Source of the DNA: Pseudomonadota bacterium
GTDB lineage: Bacteria > Desulfobacterota > Desulfarculia > Adiutricales > JAGVGV01
DNA: 61,131 nt
Direction: 5' to 3'
Assembly: GCA_018830135.1 (NCBI GenBank)
Contig: JAHJTB010000059.1
Location: forward strand, 1-61,131
In this document: positions 8,840 through 19,360 of the stretch, one piece after another
Layout of the letters: each line of letters opens with the position of its first letter
Position numbering within the stretch: position 1 is the stretch's first letter
Made by a program: the position numbers and the translations under genes
Notes under the pieces: generated by a model
The model's database searches: none
What the model was told of the DNA's origin: nothing
What the model saw: the letters and a program-made list of their open reading frames with translations, nothing else

Positions 8840-9355
8840 ATGAAAACGGTCGCAGTCATGGCCTTGGTCCTTTTCATGGTTGGTCTGGCCCAGGCAGGCT
8901 CTTTGACCATGGAGGTCAAGGACCGGGATGGTCAGGTCCGGAAAACCGAAAAGCATTACGACCCGGCGCCTGCCAAAGCGGTGCAACCGGAAATCACGGT
9001 ATCGGCCCCGCCGGTCGAGACCCGGACCTATTGGGAGCGGGACCGGTTCACTCGCAAGGTCCGGGGGGCCCGACAGAAGGACGTGATCAAGCTGCTGGAA
9101 ACCGGACCGGACTCGACCTACGACTTCAAGGAGGAATTGGGGGACGTCAAGGTTTTTCAGAGGGACCCCAGCGGCCGGGTCATCTGGGCCGGCACGACGC
9201 GGAAGTATCGGTCCTGGGTGGTCTGGGTCTACGAGGGGATCGTGAAAAACAAGGTCTCGGGAAACATCGAGGGGGCCAGGCTCTTTTTCCCGCTCCAGAA
9301 AAAGATGGAGAGGTCCCGGATCGAGCGAATCGAGTTTTTCGGCCGGAAGGAGTGA
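8840..9355 (+). CDS. hypothetical secreted protein
   Basis: I chose ATG 8840 (MKTVAVMALVLFMVGLAQA-GS, signal peptide) with AGGGGAG Shine-Dalgarno 7 nt upstream. I recognise no domain. Confidence 0.55.
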   Translation: MKTVAVMALVLFMVGLAQAGSLTMEVKDRDGQVRKTEKHYDPAPAKAVQPEITVSAPPVETRTYWERDRFTRKVRGARQKDVIKLLETGPDSTYDFKEELGDVKVFQRDPSGRVIWAGTTRKYRSWVVWVYEGIVKNKVSGNIEGARLFFPLQKKMERSRIERIEFFGRKE

Positions 9356-9364
9356 GGTCCGCCC

Positions 9365-11173
9365 TCATTCCGGGTGAAAAAACCGGTAGACCGTGTCGGC
9401 CGCCGTTCGGCCCAGGCCTTTGACGGCGGCCAACTCCTCGGCAGTGGCTTGGCGGGCGGCTGCGAGAGAGCCGAAGTGTTGCAGGATCGCCTTGCGGCGG
9501 GCCGGACCGATTCCGGGCAGGTCGTCGAGAATCGAGCGGGTGGCGGTTTTGGCCCGAACCCGGTGGTGATAGGCCTGCACGTAGCGGTGGGCTTCGTCCC
9601 GGACCCGCATCAGGAGCAGCAGTCCGGGTGAATCGGCCCGGAAATCGACCGGGTTCTTGCGACCGGGCAGCCAGACCCGGTCGGGCTCGCCGTCGCGGCC
9701 CTTGGCCAGTCCGGCCAGGGGAGGCGGGTCTTGGATGTTCAGGTCCCGGATTACGGCCAGGGCCACTCCGATCTGGCCTCGTCCGCCGTCCAAAAGGATC
9801 AGGTCGGAACGGGCCGGTTCCTCCCGGGCCAGCCTTCGGCCCAGGACCTCCGACATCATGGCGTAATCGTCCTGGCCCGAGGCGGTTTTGATCCGGAAGC
9901 GGCGGTAGTCCGGTTTGATCCACCGGCCGTCTTCCAGGACGACCAGGGCTCCGACCGGAGCCTCGCCGCGCAGGGTGGACATGTCGTAGCCTTCGATGCG
10001 GCGGGGGGGAGCGGGCAGCCCGAGCCTTTTCTGGATTTCCACCAGGGCGTCGGCTCCCAGGTCCGCCGCCCGCAGCCGCTCTTCTAGGGCCGCGGCCGCG
10101 TTCTGAACGGCCAGGTCGACCAGCTTCTTCTTCGGGCCCCGGACCGGCGTGGCCAGCCGGAAGGCCCGACCCCGTCTCTCCCGCAACCAGTCTTCGAGCA
10201 GGGCCCGGTTCTCGATCCGGACCGGCAGCAGCACCTCGTCCGGCACCAGGTGGTCCATATCGTAGTACCGGCTCAGGACGGACTCGACCAGGTCTTCATC
10301 CGCTTCCGGCTTTTCGCCCAGGGGAATGTTCCGGCTGCCCAGAAGGGAGCCTCGCCGGATGAACAGGAGGACGGCCATGGCCTGTCCATGGTCATGGGCC
10401 AGCCCAACCACGTCCCGGTCCATCAGGTCCGTCGAGACCATTTTCTGGCGTTCGATCGTGCGTTCCACGGCGGCCAGCCGGTCTCGGGAGCGGGCCGCGG
10501 CCTCGAAGTCCAGGCGCGAGGCCGCTTCCTGCATGTCCCGGCGCAGTGAATCGGCCAGACTCTGGTTTCGCCCCTGGAAGAAGAGCACCACCTGATCGAC
10601 CACGGCCCGATATTCCGCTTCACCGACCTGGCCCCGGCAGGGTCCCAGGCACCGGCCGAGCTGGAAGTTGAGGCATGGCCGGCCTCCGGTTTTGACCTCG
10701 GGCCGCCGGCAGTTCCGGAGCGGAAAAAGGCGGCGCAGGGTTCGCAGGGTCTGGCGCATGGACATGGCCGAGGAAAAGGGCCCGAAGTACACGGACCCGT
10801 CCTTTTGGATGCGGCGAACCACCTCCAGGCGCGGGAACGGGTCCTTGACGGTCAAACAGAGGTAGGGATAGGTCTTGTCGTCCCGGAGGATGATGTTGTA
10901 CCGGGGCCTATGTTCCTTGATCAGGCTGTTTTCCAGAAGGAGGGCCTCTTTCTCGTTGTCGGTGACCAGGTATTCCAGGTCGGCCACCTTGGCCATCATG
11001 CGGGCCGTCTTGGCCGAGGCGGGATGCTTCTGGAAATAGCTCGAGACCCGTTTGGGTAGGGATTTGGCCTTACCGACGTAGATGATGCGTCCCTGGGCGT
11101 CCTTCATCAGGTACACGCCGGGAAGGGGAGGCATGGCCGAGGCCTTGGCCTTCAGGTCTTCCAGGTCGGCCAT
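9365..11173 (-). CDS. uvrC: excinuclease ABC subunit C
   Basis: GIY-YIG N-terminus (PGVYLMKDAQGRIIYVGKAKSLPKRV), central UvrC domains and C-terminal HhH (LDDLPGIGPARRKAIL). I chose ATG 11173 (MADLEDL); the track ORF starts 25 codons earlier. Confidence 0.95.
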   Translation of the reverse strand: MADLEDLKAKASAMPPLPGVYLMKDAQGRIIYVGKAKSLPKRVSSYFQKHPASAKTARMMAKVADLEYLVTDNEKEALLLENSLIKEHRPRYNIILRDDKTYPYLCLTVKDPFPRLEVVRRIQKDGSVYFGPFSSAMSMRQTLRTLRRLFPLRNCRRPEVKTGGRPCLNFQLGRCLGPCRGQVGEAEYRAVVDQVVLFFQGRNQSLADSLRRDMQEAASRLDFEAAARSRDRLAAVERTIERQKMVSTDLMDRDVVGLAHDHGQAMAVLLFIRRGSLLGSRNIPLGEKPEADEDLVESVLSRYYDMDHLVPDEVLLPVRIENRALLEDWLRERRGRAFRLATPVRGPKKKLVDLAVQNAAAALEERLRAADLGADALVEIQKRLGLPAPPRRIEGYDMSTLRGEAPVGALVVLEDGRWIKPDYRRFRIKTASGQDDYAMMSEVLGRRLAREEPARSDLILLDGGRGQIGVALAVIRDLNIQDPPPLAGLAKGRDGEPDRVWLPGRKNPVDFRADSPGLLLLMRVRDEAHRYVQAYHHRVRAKTATRSILDDLPGIGPARRKAILQHFGSLAAARQATAEELAAVKGLGRTAADTVYRFFHPE

Positions 11174-11210
11174 GCGTTCCAATCCAGGGGAAGCGGTGGG
11201 TAGATGGCGG

Positions 11211-11987
11211 CTAGTGAAGCCACTTTTCGGCAATCGCCTTGACTTCACCCGCGGAAATCAGGGCCGTGCCCTTGCGCAGGAGGCCGATGAGCACAGGGTT
11301 GCCCTTTTTGACGGGCAGCGTCATCTTGCCTTCGTCCACGGGCGGACCGGCCGGTTTGATCCTGTCCTGGAGGCCGCGCAGGGCCCGGACGTAATAGACC
11401 ACCAGTTCGTCCATGACGATGGCCGAGACCTTGTCGTCGGCCAGGGCCTGGATGGCCTCCTCGTAATTGGAATAGGGCGTGGTTTTCAAGCCAAAGGTTT
11501 CGGCCAGGACCTGGCCCGAATCGCCCTTGACCGCTCCGACCTTGAGGCCGACCAGGTCCTTGAAGCCTCGGACGTTGTCGTGCCGGGGCTGGACGAAGAT
11601 GCGGGTGTCGATGATCATGTACGGCGCGGTGAAATCGAAGTCCCTGGCCCGTTTGGGCAGGGGAAAGATGCCGGCCAGGGAATCGAAGCGGCCGGATCGG
11701 AGTCCGTCCAGTTGCTGGTTGAAGCTGACCGGATGGAACCGGACCTCGAAGCCGAGGCGGGAGGCCAGCAGGCGCCAGAAGTCGACGGAGATGCCCTGGG
11801 CCCGGCCCTGTTGGTCCACGAAACCGAACGGCGGATAGTCGTTGAAGGCCCCGACCTGGATGGGGCCGTGGCTTTTAAGCCAGGCCGATTCCTCGGCCGT
11901 AACGGGACCTTCCGCCCGGAGCGGAGTCGAACCGATCAGCACGGACAACATAAAAACCGCCAACAGGACCGGCCAGAATTTTTTCAT
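11211..11987 (-). CDS. periplasmic solute-binding protein, family 3 (amino-acid ABC type), orphan
   Basis: 258 aa with a signal peptide (MKKFWPVLLAVFMLSVLIGSTPLRA). SBP_bac_3 pattern (VGAFNDYPPFGFVD, GISVDFW, DFTAPY). No permease or ATPase gene lies adjacent. Confidence 0.8.
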   Translation of the reverse strand: MKKFWPVLLAVFMLSVLIGSTPLRAEGPVTAEESAWLKSHGPIQVGAFNDYPPFGFVDQQGRAQGISVDFWRLLASRLGFEVRFHPVSFNQQLDGLRSGRFDSLAGIFPLPKRARDFDFTAPYMIIDTRIFVQPRHDNVRGFKDLVGLKVGAVKGDSGQVLAETFGLKTTPYSNYEEAIQALADDKVSAIVMDELVVYYVRALRGLQDRIKPAGPPVDEGKMTLPVKKGNPVLIGLLRKGTALISAGEVKAIAEKWLH

Positions 11988-12008
11988 GATCGTATCTCCT
12001 TCCGCCTG

Positions 12009-14006
12009 CTACATCAGGCTGGTGAGTTCCTCTTCGGAAATGGCCTTGATGCGGTCCCGGATACGGGCCGCCGCCTCGAAGTCCAGATTCTCGGCCGCGG
12101 CCTTCATCTCCTTTTTCAAGGCCTTGACGATGCGCGGAACCTCTTCGGGCGGTATGTAGTCCGCCTCGGGCTCCCGGGTCGCGGGCACGGTATAGTAGTC
12201 GCTTTCGTAGATCGAACCCAGAATCGAGTCGATGGATTTGACGATGCTTTCCGGCGTGATGCCGTGTTCGACGTTGAACTGGTGCTGGATGGCCCGGCGG
12301 CGTACGGTTTCGGCCTTGGCCCGGCTCATCGAGGGGGTGAGTTTGTCTCCGTAGAGGATGACCTGGCCGCCCACGTTGCGGGCCGCCCGCCCGCAGGTCT
12401 GTATGAGGGAGCGTTCCGAGCGAAGAAAGCCCTCCTTGTCCGCGTCCAGAATGGCCACCAGGGTGACTTCCGGCAGGTCCAGCCCTTCCCGGAGCAGGTT
12501 GATGCCGACGAGCACGTCGAACTCTCCGAGCCTAAGGTCGCGGATGATTTCCATTCGTTCGATGGTCTTGATGTCCGAGTGCAGGTAGCGGACCCGCAGG
12601 CCCATGTCCGTGTAGTACTCGGTCAGGTCCTCGGCCATGCGCTTGGTCAGGGTGGTGACCAGAACCCGTTCGCCCCGGGCGATCCGGGCGCGGATTTCCG
12701 CATACAGGTCGTCCACCTGGCCCTGGGCCGGCCGGAAGATCATTTCCGGGTCCATCAGGCCGGTCGGCCGGATGATCTGCTCGACGATGAGTCCCTTGGA
12801 TATCTCGAGTTCGTAATCGGCCGGCGTGGCCGAAACATAGATGATCTGGTCGATCATGCGGTTGAACTCCTCGAAGTTCAGGGGGCGGTTGTCCAGGGCC
12901 GAGGGCAGGCGGAAGCCGTAATCGACCAGGGTCTGCTTGCGGGACCGGTCACCGTGATACATGGCCCGAAGCTGGGGCACGGCGATATGGCTTTCGTCGA
13001 TGAAGAGCAGAAAGTCCTTGGGGAAGTATTCGAGCAGGGTGGGAGGCGGTTCCCCGGGGGCCCGGCCGGTCAGGTGGCGCGAGTAGTTTTCGATGCCGTG
13101 GCAGAACCCCATTTCCTTGAGCATCTCCAGGTCGAAGCGGGTGCGTTCCTCGATGCGTTGGGCCTCGATGAGCTTGCCTTCCCGGTAGAAATGGTCCAGC
13201 CGTTCGACCAGTTCCTCCTTGATGGCGACCCGGGCGGCCTTGAGGGTGTTTTCCGAAGTGACGTAGTGGCTGCCGGGATAGAGGGCCAGCCGTTCGGTTT
13301 CCCCGAGAACCTGGCCGCGCAGGGGATCGACGAGCCGGATGCGCTCGACCGTGTCTCCGAAGAACTCGACCCGCACGGCCTGGCTGTCCTCGTAGGCCGG
13401 GAAGATTTCCAGACAGTCGCCCCGGACGCGGAACGTGCCCCGATGAAAGTCGTACTCATTGCGTTCGTACTGCATCTCGACCAGCTTGGCCAGGACGACC
13501 TCGATGGGGCGGTCCACGCCGCGTTCGAGAAAGAGCATCATCTGGTGGTAGGCCTCGGGCGATCCCAGGCCGTAAATGCAGGAGACGCTGGCCACGATGA
13601 TGACGTCCCGCCGATCGAGGAGGGACCGGGTGGCCGAATGGCGCATCTTGTCGATGGCCTCGTTGATATGGGTCTCCTTTTCGATGTACGTGTCGGACTG
13701 GGGGATGTAGGCTTCCGGCTGGTAATAGTCGTAGTAGCTGACGAAGTATTCGACGGCGTTTTCGGGGAAGAGAGACCTGAACTCCCCGAAAAGCTGGGCC
13801 GCCAGGGTCTTGTTCGGGGCCAGGACCAGGGCCGGGCGGTTGGCTCGGGCGATGACGTTGGCCATGGTGAAGGTCTTACCGGAGCCGGTCACGCCCAGAA
13901 GCACCTGGTGCCCGATCCCCTGGTCCAGGTTCCCGCTCAAGGCGTCGATGGCCCCGGGCTGGTCGCCTCGGGGCACGTACTCGGTTGCCAGCTTGAATTC
14001 GCTCAT
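12009..14006 (-). CDS. uvrB: excinuclease ABC subunit B
   Basis: [10 protein letters not shown], Walker [13 protein letters not shown] box (FIDESH) and C-terminal UVR domain ([16 protein letters not shown]). I chose ATG 14006 (MSEFKL). Confidence 0.95.
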   Translation of the reverse strand: MSEFKLATEYVPRGDQPGAIDALSGNLDQGIGHQVLLGVTGSGKTFTMANVIARANRPALVLAPNKTLAAQLFGEFRSLFPENAVEYFVSYYDYYQPEAYIPQSDTYIEKETHINEAIDKMRHSATRSLLDRRDVIIVASVSCIYGLGSPEAYHQMMLFLERGVDRPIEVVLAKLVEMQYERNEYDFHRGTFRVRGDCLEIFPAYEDSQAVRVEFFGDTVERIRLVDPLRGQVLGETERLALYPGSHYVTSENTLKAARVAIKEELVERLDHFYREGKLIEAQRIEERTRFDLEMLKEMGFCHGIENYSRHLTGRAPGEPPPTLLEYFPKDFLLFIDESHIAVPQLRAMYHGDRSRKQTLVDYGFRLPSALDNRPLNFEEFNRMIDQIIYVSATPADYELEISKGLIVEQIIRPTGLMDPEMIFRPAQGQVDDLYAEIRARIARGERVLVTTLTKRMAEDLTEYYTDMGLRVRYLHSDIKTIERMEIIRDLRLGEFDVLVGINLLREGLDLPEVTLVAILDADKEGFLRSERSLIQTCGRAARNVGGQVILYGDKLTPSMSRAKAETVRRRAIQHQFNVEHGITPESIVKSIDSILGSIYESDYYTVPATREPEADYIPPEEVPRIVKALKKEMKAAAENLDFEAAARIRDRIKAISEEELTSLM

Positions 14007-14046
14007 ACCGGCCGGGGGCAAAGGGGCGGCCCTCGGGGGCATCCCG

Positions 14047-15483
14047 TCAGGTCTCCATGCGCCAGCGGGTTTCGCCGCCGGCGTCTTCCAGAACCACGCC
14101 GTAATCCTTGAGCCGGTCCCGGATGCGGTCGGCTTCGGCCCAGTCCTTGCGTGCCCTGGCTTCGGAGCGCGCCCGGACCATTTCCCCGATACGTTCCGGG
14201 GTCAGGTCCGATTCGGTCAGGCCCAACTCGGCCCGGGACTGGAAGTAGGCTTCGGGGTCCCGCCCCAGAATACCCAGGATCGACCCCATTTCCCTAGCCG
14301 CGGCCACCCAGGAACCGATCTGTTCCAGGTCGACCGGCCCGTCTCCGGCCTCGTCGATGAGGCGGTTGATCTCCCGGACGGCTTCGAAGAGAAAGCCCAG
14401 GGCCCGGGCGGTGTTCAGGTCGTCGTCCAGGGCCTGAGTGAACTGCCCCCGGATGTCGTCCGTTTCCGGACCCGGCTTCGGAAGCGTCGGGTCCAGGCCC
14501 CGCTTATGGGCCAGTTGAATGGATCGGTAGGCCCGATCGAGGCTCCGGGCCGTTTCCTCGAGGTTTTCATCCGTGTAATCGATCGGACCCCGGTAATGCT
14601 TCGAAACCAGAAAGAGACGGAGCACCTCGGGATGGAAGCGGGCCAGTATCTCCTTGACGGTAAAGAAGTTGCCCAGGGACTTGGACATCTTTTCCTGGTT
14701 GACGTTGACGAAGCCGTTGTGCATCCAGAGCCTGGCGAAGCGGCGTCCCAGGGCGGCGGACTGGGCGATTTCGTTTTCGTGATGGGGAAAGACCAGATCG
14801 TGGCCGCCGCCGTGGATGTCGAAGACTTCTCCCAGGAGGTGGTAGCTCATGGTCGAGCATTCGATATGCCAGCCGGGACGGCCCGGTCCCCAGGGGCTGT
14901 CCCAGGCGGGTTCACCGGGCTTGCTCTCCTTCCAGAGGGCGAAGTCCAGGGGACTGCGCTTGCGTTCGTCGATCTTGACCCGGGCCCCGGCCTTCATGTC
15001 CTCGATGTTGCGGCCGGAAAGGCGTCCATACCCGTCGAAACGGGCCACGTCGAAATACACGTCCCCGTCCACCTGATAGGCGGCCCCGGCATCGACCAGA
15101 GCTCTGACATCATCGAGCATCCGGTCGATGTACTCGGTGGCCCGGGGTTCGCGGTCAGGACGGAGGGCGCCCAGGGCGTCCATGTCTTCGTGAAAGGAAC
15201 GAATGTAATCCTCGGCCAGTTCGAGATATTCCAGGCCCCGTTCCCGGGCCCGCTGGATGATCTTGTCGTCCAGGTCGGTGAAGTTCCTGACGTAGTCCAC
15301 TTCGAATCCCCGGGTCCGCAGGTATCGGACCAAGACGTCGAAGACGACCACGGCCCGGGCGTGGCCCACATGGCTGTCGTCATAAACCGTCGGGCCGCAG
15401 ACGTATATCTTGAGCTTGCCCTTCTCGACCGGGAACAGTTCCTCCTTTTTACCGGTCATGGTGTTGTACAGAACCAGGGACAT
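14047..15483 (-). CDS. cysS: cysteine--tRNA ligase
   Basis: HIGH-type motif (SHVGHAR) and KMSKS present. I chose ATG 15483 ([11 protein letters not shown]) with GGAGA Shine-Dalgarno. Confidence 0.95.
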   Translation of the reverse strand: MSLVLYNTMTGKKEELFPVEKGKLKIYVCGPTVYDDSHVGHARAVVVFDVLVRYLRTRGFEVDYVRNFTDLDDKIIQRARERGLEYLELAEDYIRSFHEDMDALGALRPDREPRATEYIDRMLDDVRALVDAGAAYQVDGDVYFDVARFDGYGRLSGRNIEDMKAGARVKIDERKRSPLDFALWKESKPGEPAWDSPWGPGRPGWHIECSTMSYHLLGEVFDIHGGGHDLVFPHHENEIAQSAALGRRFARLWMHNGFVNVNQEKMSKSLGNFFTVKEILARFHPEVLRLFLVSKHYRGPIDYTDENLEETARSLDRAYRSIQLAHKRGLDPTLPKPGPETDDIRGQFTQALDDDLNTARALGFLFEAVREINRLIDEAGDGPVDLEQIGSWVAAAREMGSILGILGRDPEAYFQSRAELGLTESDLTPERIGEMVRARSEARARKDWAEADRIRDRLKDYGVVLEDAGGETRWRMET

Positions 15484-15590
15484 ATTTTTATCTCCATCAT
15501 TTGGTATCGGCGGCATGGGAATGGCTGGCCGCCTGGCGGTGGGCGGGCGGGGCCGGATTCACGGAGTCGGCCGCGGCGCGGAACCCGGTG

Positions 15591-16793
15591 TCAATCCCTC
15601 CGGGGGAGCAGGAGGACCGAGGCCATGGCGGCCATGCCCTCCTCCCGTCCGACCGGCCCCAAGCCTTCCGTAGTCGTGGCCTTGACATTCAGCAAGGCCG
15701 GGTCCGTATCGAGGGCTCCGGCCATGGCCTCGATCATGGTTTGTCTGTAGTCCTTGATCCTGGGCCGTTGGGCCATCAGGATCATGTCGGCGTTGACCAG
15801 CTTGTATCCGGCCTGACGAACCATTTCTCCGACCAGGCCGAGTAGGGTCACTCCAGGGGCCCCGGCCCACCGGGGATCGGTGTCGGGGAAATGATGTCCG
15901 ATGTCGCCCTGCCCGATCGCGCCGAGCAGCGCGTCGCAAAGGGCGTGAATGAGGACGTCCGCGTCGGAGTGTCCGGCCAGGCCCTTTTCAAAGGGGATTT
16001 CGACGCCGCCGAGCATGAGCTTTCGGTTAGGCGTCAGAGCGTGTACATCGTAGCCCATGCCCATGCGCATGCCGCGCTCCTCGCTGTCGAATTTGACCAG
16101 GGCCTCGGCAAATACCAGGTCCTCCGGCGTCGTGATCTTGATGTTGTCGGCTTCGCCGGGCACGACGTGCACCGGTCGGCCCAACCGCTCGACCAGGACG
16201 GACTCGTCCGTGCCCGTAAATCCGTCCCGCCGTGCTTCGGCCAGGGCTTCGGCCAGCCAGAGCCGGTCGAAGACCTGCGGCGTCTGGGCCTGCCAGACCT
16301 GGCGGCGGTCCAGAGTCGCGCGAATGGCATGGTCGCTGACCTGCTTGAGCGTGTCCCGGACCGGAACGGCGGCGATGGCCGCGCCATACTCGCGGGCCGA
16401 CTCGATGGCCGCTTCGATGGTCGAAACGCGGACCAGGGGCCGCACGCCGTCGTGAACCGCGACCAGCCCGACGTCGTCATCGAGGGCCAGAAATCCGTTG
16501 TACACGGACTCCTGCCGGCTCCGCCCCCCGGCCACGATGCGCTGGACCTTTTGGAACCCGTAGCGGTTCACGATCTGGGACCGGGCCTCGTCCCGGAAGT
16601 CCGCGGGCACCACCAGGATGACCCGGTCGACCAGGGTCGTCTGATCGAAACGGGCCAGGGTGTGGGCCAGGACGGGCCAGCCGGCCAAGTCGATGAACTG
16701 TTTGGGCTGAGACCGGCCGAAACGCTGTCCCGATCCGCCGGCCGGAATGATTGCCGCGACCGCCCCTTTGGGGCCTGTGTAGACAACGTCCAT
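15591..16793 (-). CDS. ispDF: bifunctional 2-C-methyl-D-erythritol 4-phosphate cytidylyltransferase / MEcPP synthase
   Basis: 400 aa. N-terminal IspD (AIIPAGGSGQRFG) fused to C-terminal IspF (GMGYDVHAL, GHSDADVLIHAL). Confidence 0.95.
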   Translation of the reverse strand: MDVVYTGPKGAVAAIIPAGGSGQRFGRSQPKQFIDLAGWPVLAHTLARFDQTTLVDRVILVVPADFRDEARSQIVNRYGFQKVQRIVAGGRSRQESVYNGFLALDDDVGLVAVHDGVRPLVRVSTIEAAIESAREYGAAIAAVPVRDTLKQVSDHAIRATLDRRQVWQAQTPQVFDRLWLAEALAEARRDGFTGTDESVLVERLGRPVHVVPGEADNIKITTPEDLVFAEALVKFDSEERGMRMGMGYDVHALTPNRKLMLGGVEIPFEKGLAGHSDADVLIHALCDALLGAIGQGDIGHHFPDTDPRWAGAPGVTLLGLVGEMVRQAGYKLVNADMILMAQRPRIKDYRQTMIEAMAGALDTDPALLNVKATTTEGLGPVGREEGMAAMASVLLLPRRD

Positions 16794-16847
16794 ATTAACC
16801 CGCCTCTCGAAAAAGGTCGGGGCGGCCCCCGTTAGGGGGGCGCTTGA

Positions 16848-17230
16848 GGCTGAGAAAGGGGCCTGTAAGCCGAGTTCTGTTCCCCGAGGCGGTCGCCCGC
16901 CCGCGGGGCAATGATCATTCCTCTAGGAGTCCGGTTACCTGGACCCTCGAGCAACCTACCCGGGGGCCTCGGGCGGGCCGCCCTCGAACGCCCCCCTATT
17001 TGGTCTTGCTCCGGGTGGGGTTTACCTAGCCCCCGGCGTCGCCGCCGGAGCTGGTGAGCTCTTACCTCACCCTTTCACCCTTACCCCGAATGCGGGGCGG
17101 TTTGCTTTCTGTGGCACTTTCCCGGGGTCACCCCCGCTGGGCGTTACCCAGCACCCTGCCCTGCGGAGCTCGGACTTTCCTCCCGCGCCGTTCAACGGCG
17201 CCAGCGATCATTCGTCCCGCTTTCTCAGAC
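16848..17230 (-). ncRNA. rnpB: RNase P RNA, bacterial type A
   Basis: The reverse complement contains the universal P4 strands GGAGGAAAGTCCG (17171-17183) and ACAGAACTCGGCTTAC (16865-16880). It also has GGTAAGGGTGAAAGGGTG, AGCAAGACCAAATAGGGG and GGGTAGGTTGCT. P1 pairs CTGAGAAAG (17228-17220) with CTTTCTCAG (16858-16850). Ends are approximate to a few nt. Confidence 0.9.
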
Positions 17231-17691
17231 TACCCCCGACGGGTGTTTCGACTCGCCGCCCGACTGGCCAGGGCGTCGGCCTCCGAATTCAACTCCCGCC
17301 TGATATGAAGAATATCATAGGCTTCAAGGTTCCGCAACAAGGCCCGCACCCTCTGGAACAAGGGCTGAAGCCGGTCGTTCTTCACCCGGTAGACCCCCGT
17401 TACCTGCCGGACCACCAGCTCGGAATCGAGGCGCAGTCGAAGCCGCCGGGCTCCGAGGCGCGAGGCCTCCTCCAGGCCCAGGATCAGGGCCTGGTACTCG
17501 GCTTCGTTGTTCGTCGCCTTGCCCAAAGGCCGGCTGACCTCGGCCAGGGTCGCGCCGGCGGGATCGCGCAGCACGGCCCCGGCCCCGGCCGGGCCCGGAT
17601 TGCCGCGGGCCGCGCCGTCCGTGTGCAGGGTCCACCATTCATTCGAATCATCGGGCTGTTTTTTTCCGAATAAATCGTCTGCTTCGCTCAT
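17230..17691 (-). CDS. rnhA: ribonuclease HI family protein
   Basis: 153 aa. DEDD catalytic pattern: HTDGAARGNPG, NNEAEY, LDSELV, NSEADALA. Confidence 0.8.
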   Translation of the reverse strand: MSEADDLFGKKQPDDSNEWWTLHTDGAARGNPGPAGAGAVLRDPAGATLAEVSRPLGKATNNEAEYQALILGLEEASRLGARRLRLRLDSELVVRQVTGVYRVKNDRLQPLFQRVRALLRNLEAYDILHIRRELNSEADALASRAASRNTRRG

Positions 17692-17727
17692 GTCTCTTTC
17701 TTATCCAGGTTGAAAGCCGGCCGATGT

Positions 17728-19284
17728 TCAGGCCGGCGCAAACAGCGAGTCGGCGGACATGTCCCGGGGTGTGTCCAGCCCCAGCAGGGCGAGCACGGTG
17801 GGGGCGATGTCCGAGAGCTTGCCTTTGGGGATCAGGCGCCGGCCCGGCGCGTCCTTGGCCACGTAAATGCACTCCACCGGAAAGACGGTGTGGCTGGTCT
17901 TGACCATTCCGGTGTCGTAGTCGACCATCTGTTCGGCGTTGCCGTGATCGGCGGTGATGAGGACGTGGAAATCCAGTTCAAGCAGGCGGGCGACCAGGCG
18001 GCCCAGGCACTCGTCCACGGTCTCGACCGCCTGGCGGGCCGCATCGAAAACGCCGGTGTGGCCGACCATGTCGCAGTTGGCATAATTGACCACGATCAGC
18101 CCGTACGGGTTGTCTTCGAGGACTTCCAGAAGCCGGTCGGTGAGGATGCGGGCCTCCATCTCGGGATGGCTGGCGAAGGCGGCCGGATCGAAGCGGCCCT
18201 GGATTTCCACCTGGTCCTCCAGAGGATAGGGCCGGGTCGATTTGCCGTTGAAAAAGCTGGTCACGTGGCGGAACTTCTGGGTCTCCGCGATGCGAAGCTG
18301 ACGCAGGCCCGCCTCGGCAACGACCTGGCCCAGGAGCCGGTCCATTCCGCCGGACTCGCCCAGGACCCCGAGCAGGTATTCGGTGAACTCGTTGTAGTAG
18401 CGCGTCAGTCCCAGGTAGGTCACCCGGGGCCGGGCCTCGAGATGTCCGGGATAGTCGGCCTCGACAAAGGCCATGGTCAACTGGATGGCCCGGTCCTGTC
18501 GGAAGTTGGTGTGCAGGACGCAGTCCCCGTCGCGTATCCCGTCGTATCCGGCGATGACGTGGGGCGGGATGTATTCGTCGAACATCTCCTGGTCGTCCGG
18601 CGTGCGGTACGTTTCATAAGCGGTCCGGACCGCGGTCTCCGCGTCGTCGTCGGGCAGGCCTCGGGCCAGGACCAGGCAGTGGTAGGCCCGATCGGTCAGG
18701 TCCCAGTTGCGGGAGCGGTCCATGCCGTAGTACCGGCCCATGACCGTGCCGATCCGGCAGCAGCCGACCTCGTTCATGACCAGCCCGAGCGCGGCCAGAT
18801 ATTCAAGGGTGGAGCGGGGCGGGGTGTCTCGACCATCCAAGAAGGGGTGAATGACGATTTCGCCCTCGGGAAATTCGCGGCGGGCCCGGCGCATGATTTT
18901 GTACAGATGCTCCTGGTGGGCGTGGACCCCCTCGTCCTGAAGCAGGCCCAGCAGGTGCAGGCGGCTTTGCCGGTTCCGCCAGTTCGCGGTCAGGCTGGCC
19001 CACTTGGGCGACTCGAACAGGTCCCCGGTGCGCAGTCCGTCGTCGATGCGCTTGAGCTCCTGGATCACGATTCGGCCGGCGCCCATGTTCAGGTGCCCGA
19101 CCTCGCTCGATCCCTGATATCCGTCCGGCAGACCCACCGGTTCGCCGGCCGCATCGAGAAGCGTCCAGGGATACCGGTCCTTGAACCCGTCGACGTTCGG
19201 CGTCCGGGCCGCGGCCACCGCGTTCCCGTCCTGTTTTTCGTTGTATCCCCATCCGTCGCGGATGATCAGGCAGACCGGTCTCAT
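17728..19284 (-). CDS. gpmI: 2,3-bisphosphoglycerate-independent phosphoglycerate mutase
   Basis: LIIRDGWGY, SSEVGHLNMGAGR (Ser nucleophile region) and ITADHGNAE. I chose ATG 19284 (MRPVCLI). Confidence 0.9.
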   Translation of the reverse strand: MRPVCLIIRDGWGYNEKQDGNAVAAARTPNVDGFKDRYPWTLLDAAGEPVGLPDGYQGSSEVGHLNMGAGRIVIQELKRIDDGLRTGDLFESPKWASLTANWRNRQSRLHLLGLLQDEGVHAHQEHLYKIMRRARREFPEGEIVIHPFLDGRDTPPRSTLEYLAALGLVMNEVGCCRIGTVMGRYYGMDRSRNWDLTDRAYHCLVLARGLPDDDAETAVRTAYETYRTPDDQEMFDEYIPPHVIAGYDGIRDGDCVLHTNFRQDRAIQLTMAFVEADYPGHLEARPRVTYLGLTRYYNEFTEYLLGVLGESGGMDRLLGQVVAEAGLRQLRIAETQKFRHVTSFFNGKSTRPYPLEDQVEIQGRFDPAAFASHPEMEARILTDRLLEVLEDNPYGLIVVNYANCDMVGHTGVFDAARQAVETVDECLGRLVARLLELDFHVLITADHGNAEQMVDYDTGMVKTSHTVFPVECIYVAKDAPGRRLIPKGKLSDIAPTVLALLGLDTPRDMSADSLFAPA

Positions 19285-19360
19285 TGCGTCCTCCTCGGGA
19301 TGCCGGGCATCTCCGGCCTCGACCATTATCACGGTTTCGTCGCGTTGACCAGTCCGGAAG

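Noticed and set aside
11082-14111. 1009-aa plus-strand ORF. Similar very long antisense ORFs include 205-1320 (+), 3400-5319 (-), 13810-15750 (+), 17710-19521 (+), 19442-21595 (+), 21592-23397 (+), 24478-25674 (-), 34068-35117 (+), 37511-38986 (+), 38862-40316 (+), 40434-42032 (+) and 52797-54938 (-).
   Set aside because: Each lies antisense to a gene whose product has unmistakable conserved motifs (uvrB, atp, cysS, gpmI, glgB, glgP, dprA and others). Their translations are Arg/Gly/Pro/Asp/His-rich with no recognisable motifs. This is the usual open antisense frame seen in high-GC DNA.
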